NCBI GenBank assembly: GCA_000934665.2
Contig: JYFJ02000922.1
Span: forward strand, 62,001-100,517
DNA length: 38,517 nucleotides
Source: Catajapyx aquilonaris
Lineage: Eukaryota
Reading direction: 5' to 3'
The notes below the pieces were generated by a model, which saw only the letters and a list, made by a program, of their open reading frames with translations, had not been told where the DNA came from and searched no databases. The translations under genes were made by a program, and so were the position numbers. Shown here one piece after another: positions 33,801-38,517 of the stretch; within the stretch, counting starts at the first letter, position 1, and every line of letters starts with the position of its first letter.

Positions 33801-34341
33801 TATCTTTGCATACCATTCGAGCTCCAATTTTCAATGGTAGGAGTTCAATTTTACAGTTTTCCCTGCACACATCAGTTGGTCCTACAAGCTGCTTTTTCTT
33901 GCAACGCTTAAACTTTCCAATGTTAGAGACTGCCTGTGGATTTTTTACTGCCAGCAATTCCTTAACTGTTGGCAATTTTGTCTTAGGCGGCTTTTCACTG
34001 ATAGGAGATGGAGCAGATTTGGAATCTTCAGGTATAGTAAACTGAATTATTATTTGTCCAATGTGGTCCTGGGGCTCTATAATGTACTGCTCATGTACTT
34101 GTGGATTCCCAAGGTCAGCATCCATTGAGGATATGTATGGCTCCTCAACTATGGCCTCGTGTATTGTGTTATGTTCACTATCATTTTCAGTTGCCCCAGA
34201 ATCAGACTGACCCCATAAAGAAATGATCTTGTCCACTTCATTCAAAGCTACTTCTTTTGATACCACACCCTCCTCAGGTCCATTGTCAGTACAAAGATTT
34301 GTCAGAAAGCCATAGTCAATCCCATCAATCACATCATCCAT
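27793..34341 (-). CDS. Uncharacterised ~635-aa protein: acidic/low-complexity N-terminus + TRF2/HOY1-type PH-like domain + C-terminal Cys/His-rich zinc-finger region; 8 coding exons
   Basis: Exons in transcript order: 34341-33432, 30740-30611, 30552-30417, 29140-29000, 28934-28781, 28721-28618, 28545-28315, 27894-27793. All are GT-AG with junction phases 1,2,0,0,1,0,0; total 1908 nt = 636 codons, no internal stop. Four introns are 58-72 nt, like those of the neighbouring gene. Confidence 0.82.
28046..28301. mobile_element. piggyBac-type MITE (256 bp)
   Basis: TTAA at 28042-45 and 28302-05; 35-bp TIRs CCCTGGA(C/A)CCGTGA(T/C)GTGGGGTCTTTTAGGACCCC with 2 mismatches; AT-rich non-coding interior. 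Confidence 0.92.
28315..28545 (-). CDS. Minus gene Cys-rich exon VNILQLIPFKKMACPSCHQ...CPNPSCKTLLRYSWCK...RHCVSCKTCVISESIHCE
   Basis: tacag acceptor (72-nt intron); GAG|gtaagc donor; CxxC/HCxxCxxC pattern. Confidence 0.86.
28618..28721 (-). CDS. Minus gene exon GNNYTTFEAILRLNGIFVNENCDDPCLLEVKQRTG
   Basis: tttttgtgtgtag acceptor (59-nt intron); GGG|gtaaga donor. Confidence 0.82.
28781..28934 (-). CDS. Minus gene exon ILLSKCSDASMLQLFLIAGDAKLNQLFVNPMDSITRPLKDPSSPSLPLALH
   Basis: ctcttttcag acceptor; G|gttagt donor. Confidence 0.82.
29000..29140 (-). CDS. Minus gene exon VLIKVDTKPAIYSGCRLHSDVKKCCKYETYAREDVTAGQLDITAIHK
   Basis: ttctaatag acceptor; AAA|gttgga donor; phase 0/0; 65-nt downstream intron. 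Confidence 0.78.
29697..30324. mobile_element. Tc1/mariner-type MITE with ~120-bp imperfect TIRs
   Basis: TA|CAGGGTGAAGGGAAACTCGC ... GCGAGTTTCCCTTCACCCTG|TA; inverted similarity continues through GTAGACTGATAGTACTC and GGGATGTGCAA. Confidence 0.9.
29890..30072. mobile_element. PIF/Harbinger-type hairpin MITE nested in the Tc1/mariner MITE
   Basis: TTA duplication at 29887-89 and 30073-75; 83-bp arms (AGGCCCAT..CACAGGCC) with 4 mismatches and a 17-nt spacer. Confidence 0.9.
30417..30552 (-). CDS. Minus gene exon KLVYEYELLPNFHMTNLTDNFPVTKMISIEVPMDSIKAMRCNNEE
   Basis: attttcag acceptor after a 58-nt intron; GAA|gtaagt donor. Confidence 0.82.
30611..30740 (-). CDS. Minus gene exon (S)MLHQNQRARHFNFICLQIGQYVFVPNASHKDAISRLKVIFTS(R)
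   Basis: ttattcttgcag acceptor, phase 1 matches the upstream exon; AG|gtttga donor, phase 2. Confidence 0.78.
30916..31819. mobile_element. Non-autonomous DNA transposon with ~140-bp diverged TIRs; superfamily undetermined
   Basis: 30916-31056 is an inverted copy of ~31678-31819 (CCAAGTGCCA, TCATGAAATTTGGT, GACCTGCTCAAAATGACC, TTTGAGGGGGG); TSD unclear. Confidence 0.8.
32630..32869. mobile_element. Old Tc1/mariner-type MITE
   Basis: Ends CAGGGTGTACCAA ... TTGGAACACCCTG; flanks are TG/CA rather than TA. Confidence 0.55.
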
Positions 34342-34343
34342 CT
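33432..34343 (-). CDS. Minus gene large exon (MDDVIDGIDYGFL...SRTISAD), ATG at 34341
   Basis: 308-aa ORF bounded by acceptor tttttttatag (AG at 34345-34344) and donor A|gtgagt at 33431. Confidence 0.85.
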
Positions 34344-34405
34344 CTATAAAAAAATGTCATAGGTACACATGCCTGAAGCATTCTAACCATAGTGCCTATA
34401 CTCAC

Positions 34406-34460
34406 CTGATCCTCTCCACTTACACCACCTAGAAGCGGGCTGCCAGTCCCACCACACACC
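34406..34460 (-). other. Probable upstream exon (5'UTR or coding) of the minus gene; 5' boundary uncertain
   Basis: CAG|gtgagt donor at 34405 forms a 62-nt intron with the 34344 acceptor; frame is open but no start codon was identified. Confidence 0.5.
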
Positions 34461-36063
34461 TGAGATCAGGCTGCTTCCTAGGTTAGTACTAGACTGACTC
34501 AACAACAAAAAGAAGCCACCCCCTCCACATGTGGGACAATAAGGCATTTGACAGGTGGAGGTGTGTTAATCGACCAATATTACAATAGGCTTCAATTTTA
34601 CAAGTTAAATGGATTTACTGAGTTAAAATTTTTATATTGATATGTTGAGACTTCTTGTTAGCAGCATGTAACATAGTGTGGACAAGTAGCTTCAGAACAA
34701 AAGGGCTATACAGTGTGTTCTAAGTATATCGGTGTCCTTTCAGTTATTGCAAATTTAGCAAGAAGTTGTAATTTTTTGTGTAGCTTTTGCACACATGATA
34801 GTGGTGCCCATAGCATCAGCTAGAATCTACAAGTGCCACACTTCCAGTGGCACCATTCTGCAGCAGCTCCAGTAAAGTATTCTCCAGAAACACTCTGTAC
34901 TATACAATCATGTACAATGGAGAATTTAGGCAAGCTGGTAACAGGTATAGCCAACCTGGACTCTGCCCACTCTGCCAGCATACACATTTGTTACAAGTGG
35001 CTCATGGTAACACTGATATTGAGAGCAAGACTGAATGTATACCGGTATATCATTATCAACCCAAGTAAAATACATTTGGGCAGGAGCTATCAAATGCACC
35101 CAACACAGCTGATGCACACACATAAAGTGGGTCATTATCAAGGAGAGGTTGAGTGACTTTGTTTTCCTTGGTTGGGTCTTAGGTTGTATGCTGGCAAGCA
35201 GGACTTTGCAGACTGCCTCCTTGTATGGACGCATGCAAACTTTCCAGAATAATCATGGTACACTATGTATGAATAGGCTTTTACCTCAGTAACTAGGATG
35301 CAGAGATCAAAATAATGAACCTCCCTACATAAGGTGCCTTCTTCTGGTTCTTACGGGGACACACTAAAAGTTTGTTGGTACTGTGTCTTTCTGTATCTGC
35401 AGAAGAATATTATTGTCTGGATCAGTTACAGTATGTGATTTAAAATGCTACATAAACAATCATAGGCAGAAAAAAATTGGTTGTATCTGCAAAATAGCAT
35501 ATAGGCTACTATAACTCCCATGATTATCTGAATTCAGGTGGTATATTTTCTCCAGCAGTTTGAGTATAGATAAGTTTTTTTTTTTTAATTGGCATGTGCA
35601 TAAACAATTAATATTTCACAGTATATAGGGATAACTTGGCCAAAATTGATGCTCCTGACATGAAGGATGGGCAGTACATACAGTCAACTTTTACTGGTAA
35701 TATGTGTATGTGTCATGCATGCACAAAAAACACCTGAAGAAAGGCACAGGGGTCAAAAACCTTGTGTGGAGTCTGGACTGCAGTTCAATTGCAGCCAGGA
35801 GTGACAAATCCGTCACCTTTCACTAATCCCCCCCTTCAGAGAATCACTTGGGGCACAGACACTCTTTGTAAATGACAAATGATATCATTCCTAAAATATT
35901 ATATCACATCCAGATAGAACTTGCATGTCCTGATGCCAATCTTTGCCTGCTGCAGCTTTACTCAAATAACTTATACAGGGTGTTCCAAGTATCACTGCGT
36001 AATGGAAAGGTCTGTACACTGTTTTGTAGACCATTCACAGGTTTACAATATCACCAGCATTAA

Positions 36064-37210
36064 GGAGAAAGGGTGAATAAACCATTTTATAAATTTTACA
36101 GGGGAGGCAAAAATAGGTTGAACATACGAGGGCCGGTCAAAACAAATTGATACTAATTTTTTGTGATAAAGAGAATTAGTTCATGATTCGCTGTGAATGG
36201 CATTGTGTCCAGAATGGATTGGAGTATTAGATCACCAATTCTTGTTCAAATATTTCAAGATCCCAGGCAATTCTGACACCAGAAGTAGACCTAGGTTCAC
36301 ATTCACCTCCGCTCTGTCAGGAGGTTGGCGGTGAGGGCCAATTTTCAGTGTTGAGGTTTTGTTTCCATTTGGAAAAAACAGCCAGGGAGGTACGTACGAC
36401 ACGCTAAGATTATGAGTAGCAGACACTGGTCACCATATTCGCCACAAGGCGTTACAACTCTTCACAAACCTCCACCCGTATTTGCCTCTCATCTGGCGTC
36501 AACAGCCTGGGGCCCCATTGCATCGGGCGCAAACGCTTCTCATGTGAAAATTGTCAATGCAAAAATCATGTGGGCACTACCATGGGAGATACCACACATT
36601 CTGGTAAGGTCATCGACAGTTATGCAGCGATCTTCCTGGAAAATCACTGCACAGGTGGTGTTAAAAGATCTCCTCGGATGGGATTCTGCAAACAGTCCCT
36701 TTGAAAGCAGACTACTGACCCTTGCTGAATGATTTGTACCATAGGAAATATGCTGTGGAACACTTCTTCACCATACCCCTCTCCTAGCATGTCATATGCC
36801 CCCATCACTGTTGTCTTCAAACTGAATCAAAACCTCAATACTGAATATTGGTCCTCACCACCAACCTTCTGGTAGTGCGAGGTGAATATGAACCTTGTTC
36901 TACTTCTGGTGTCCCGGTCGCTTAGGATTTTGGAATGTTCAAACAAAAACTGGTGATCTAATACTTCAATCCATTCTGGACACTATGCCATTCACTGCGA
37001 TTAATGAACTCACTGTCTTTAAATTTTTTTTAAATCAGTCTCAATTTGTTTTGACTGGCCTTCGCAGTCCTCACAAATCACAGCATCCTGTAGGCCTGTG
37101 CACACCGTTTCCCGTACACATTTGTCCTTTCACCAAAACCTGCAGTGGGTCATGTCACCTTAAGGTACGCATTTACGGCATTTTTTGAAAAATGGTCTCG
37201 CCCTTTCTCC
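36064..37210. mobile_element. TTAA-flanked non-autonomous element (Kolobok-like) hosting a mariner insertion
   Basis: TTAA|GGAGAAAGGGTGA..ACCATTTT ... AAAATGGTCTCGCCCTTTCTCC|TTAA; GG...CC termini. Confidence 0.7.
36127..37064 (-). mobile_element. Defective mariner element with ~285-bp inverted arms and a transposase N-terminal remnant
   Basis: TA|CGAGGGCCGGTCAAAACAAATTGA ... TCAATTTGTTTTGACTGGCCTTCG|CA. The minus strand reads (with frameshifts/stops) EDQYSVLRF*..AYDMLGEGYGEE..LWYKSFSKG, EDRCITVDDLTRMCGISHGSAH, MRSVCAR/WGPRLLTPDERQIRVEVCEEL, equivalent to mariner HTH + WVPHEL. Confidence 0.88.
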
Positions 37211-38517
37211 TTAATGCCGACTATAGTCATATTACTGTCCCCACTAACCAATTTTCTTAAAATATGAAAACAAATTATCCCTATTGGACATAGTGGGCTG
37301 GTTCCATTTCAATCCAGACGGAGGGTGCCCAGTCATGGTCTTCGATTTTTTTTTTAAAATATATGTGAAACCCACATCCAATTGAACCCTTATGGAGCAA
37401 TCAGTTTTACGAGATTAAATTTAGTTATCGAAATATTAATATTTCTTTCAAGGGGTACCAAAATAACCTTCACGGGAAGTGCACTTTTTCCATTGCTTTC
37501 AATGAGTATATCTCGGGAACTGTTCTGAAAACCAACATGAAATTTTAAACTCATGCTTTTGGAATGACACGCTGTTATGTAATGCATAAATTTACCTTAT
37601 TTAATGGTACAGTCGCCTGCAAAAAAATCTCCAACATTGCATATTTTGGTCAAAATTCGCATATTTCGCAATTTATTACGGCGTTATGGTAAACGTGACG
37701 GTTATGCCGATTTTATTTTGTGATATACTCGGTGACTCCTTAAAGGTTATGCAATAAAACCTGTGCTAGCTCCGCGTGTCGTTGAGATATGCGAGGTGAA
37801 AATATGGCAACAAGCGAAAACACGCATATTTCAAAAATTATTTTCTCAAAAAAGCCATTTTTTAATTTTATTTTTAATTTTTTATTTTACACAGACAGAC
37901 AGGTTTTAAAACGAGGTAGTGTCAAAACCCGGTGCACATTTTTTCTAAGTGAGATACAATTTTTTTTTCAGATGACAAATTTCGTCATTGTGCTACAATA
38001 TAAATATTTTCTCGAAGAAGCCATTTTAAATATTTAATCGTTATTTTTTGTATGACAAAGTAGCATGAGTTCTATTATAAAATTATATCACAATGGCGTA
38101 ATTTACTGGTACAGTAATCTTCAAAAAAAATCGCCAAAAGTGCTTGTTTTGTTGAAAATTCACTTAGTACGCAATTTATTATGGAGTTATTATTAAGGTT
38201 ATACAAACGAAACCAATTATGTACAACGTAGTTAAAGGGCATGTTGTAAGGACAAATAATATCATTAATATCTGCATTCAAAGAAGAGGTACACCTGGTC
38301 AAAATATGGTCATATGAGAAAACATGCCTGAAAGATACATTTTTTATTCAAAAATGCCTTTTTTTATTTCTTTTCTTTTTATTTGTGTAGATAATGACGC
38401 TCTCTGTCAAAAGATATATTACAAACCCGGGGCACATACGTAGTAATTTAACGATATATATTTGAATGTTGCTCTGGGTTAAACCCACTTCATGACAAAT
38501 GTGTAAATTGTCACAAG

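Noticed and set aside
34833..35234. Overlapping short ORFs upstream of the minus gene
   Set aside because: No consistent splice frame or recognisable domain; possibly decayed TE or UTR
37295..38517. AT-rich region that looks like the left part of a DNA transposon
   Set aside because: No matching second TIR or TSD within the window, so it cannot be supported

Overview
This is eukaryotic, intron-rich animal genomic DNA, most likely arthropod; the species cannot be determined from the window. It is not a prokaryotic locus, and most ORFs in the supplied track are spurious. Two convergent spliced genes can be rebuilt by hand with GT-AG boundaries and consistent phases. (1) On the + strand, 14 coding exons (13651-27446) encode about 808 aa of a Sidestep/nephrin-like Ig-superfamily membrane protein: 5 Ig + FN3 + TM + a tail with DPDLIP and a terminal PDZ-binding ESCV. 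Its signal-peptide exon was not securely located. (2) On the - strand, 8 coding exons (34341-27793) encode an approximately 635-aa uncharacterised protein. It has a long acidic/low-complexity N-terminus, a central domain resembling the plant/fungal TRF2/HOY1 PH-like domain, and a C-terminal Cys/His-rich multi-zinc-finger region. This gene is the most unusual item in the window. The two stop codons are only 346 bp apart. Introns and flanks hold many non-autonomous DNA transposons (piggyBac-, Harbinger-, Tc1/mariner-, Kolobok- and possibly Sola-type), three of them as nested pairs. There is also a TSD-flanked tRNA-derived SINE, a tRNA-like sequence and several microsatellites. Domain and family calls come from recalled motifs, not from database searches.
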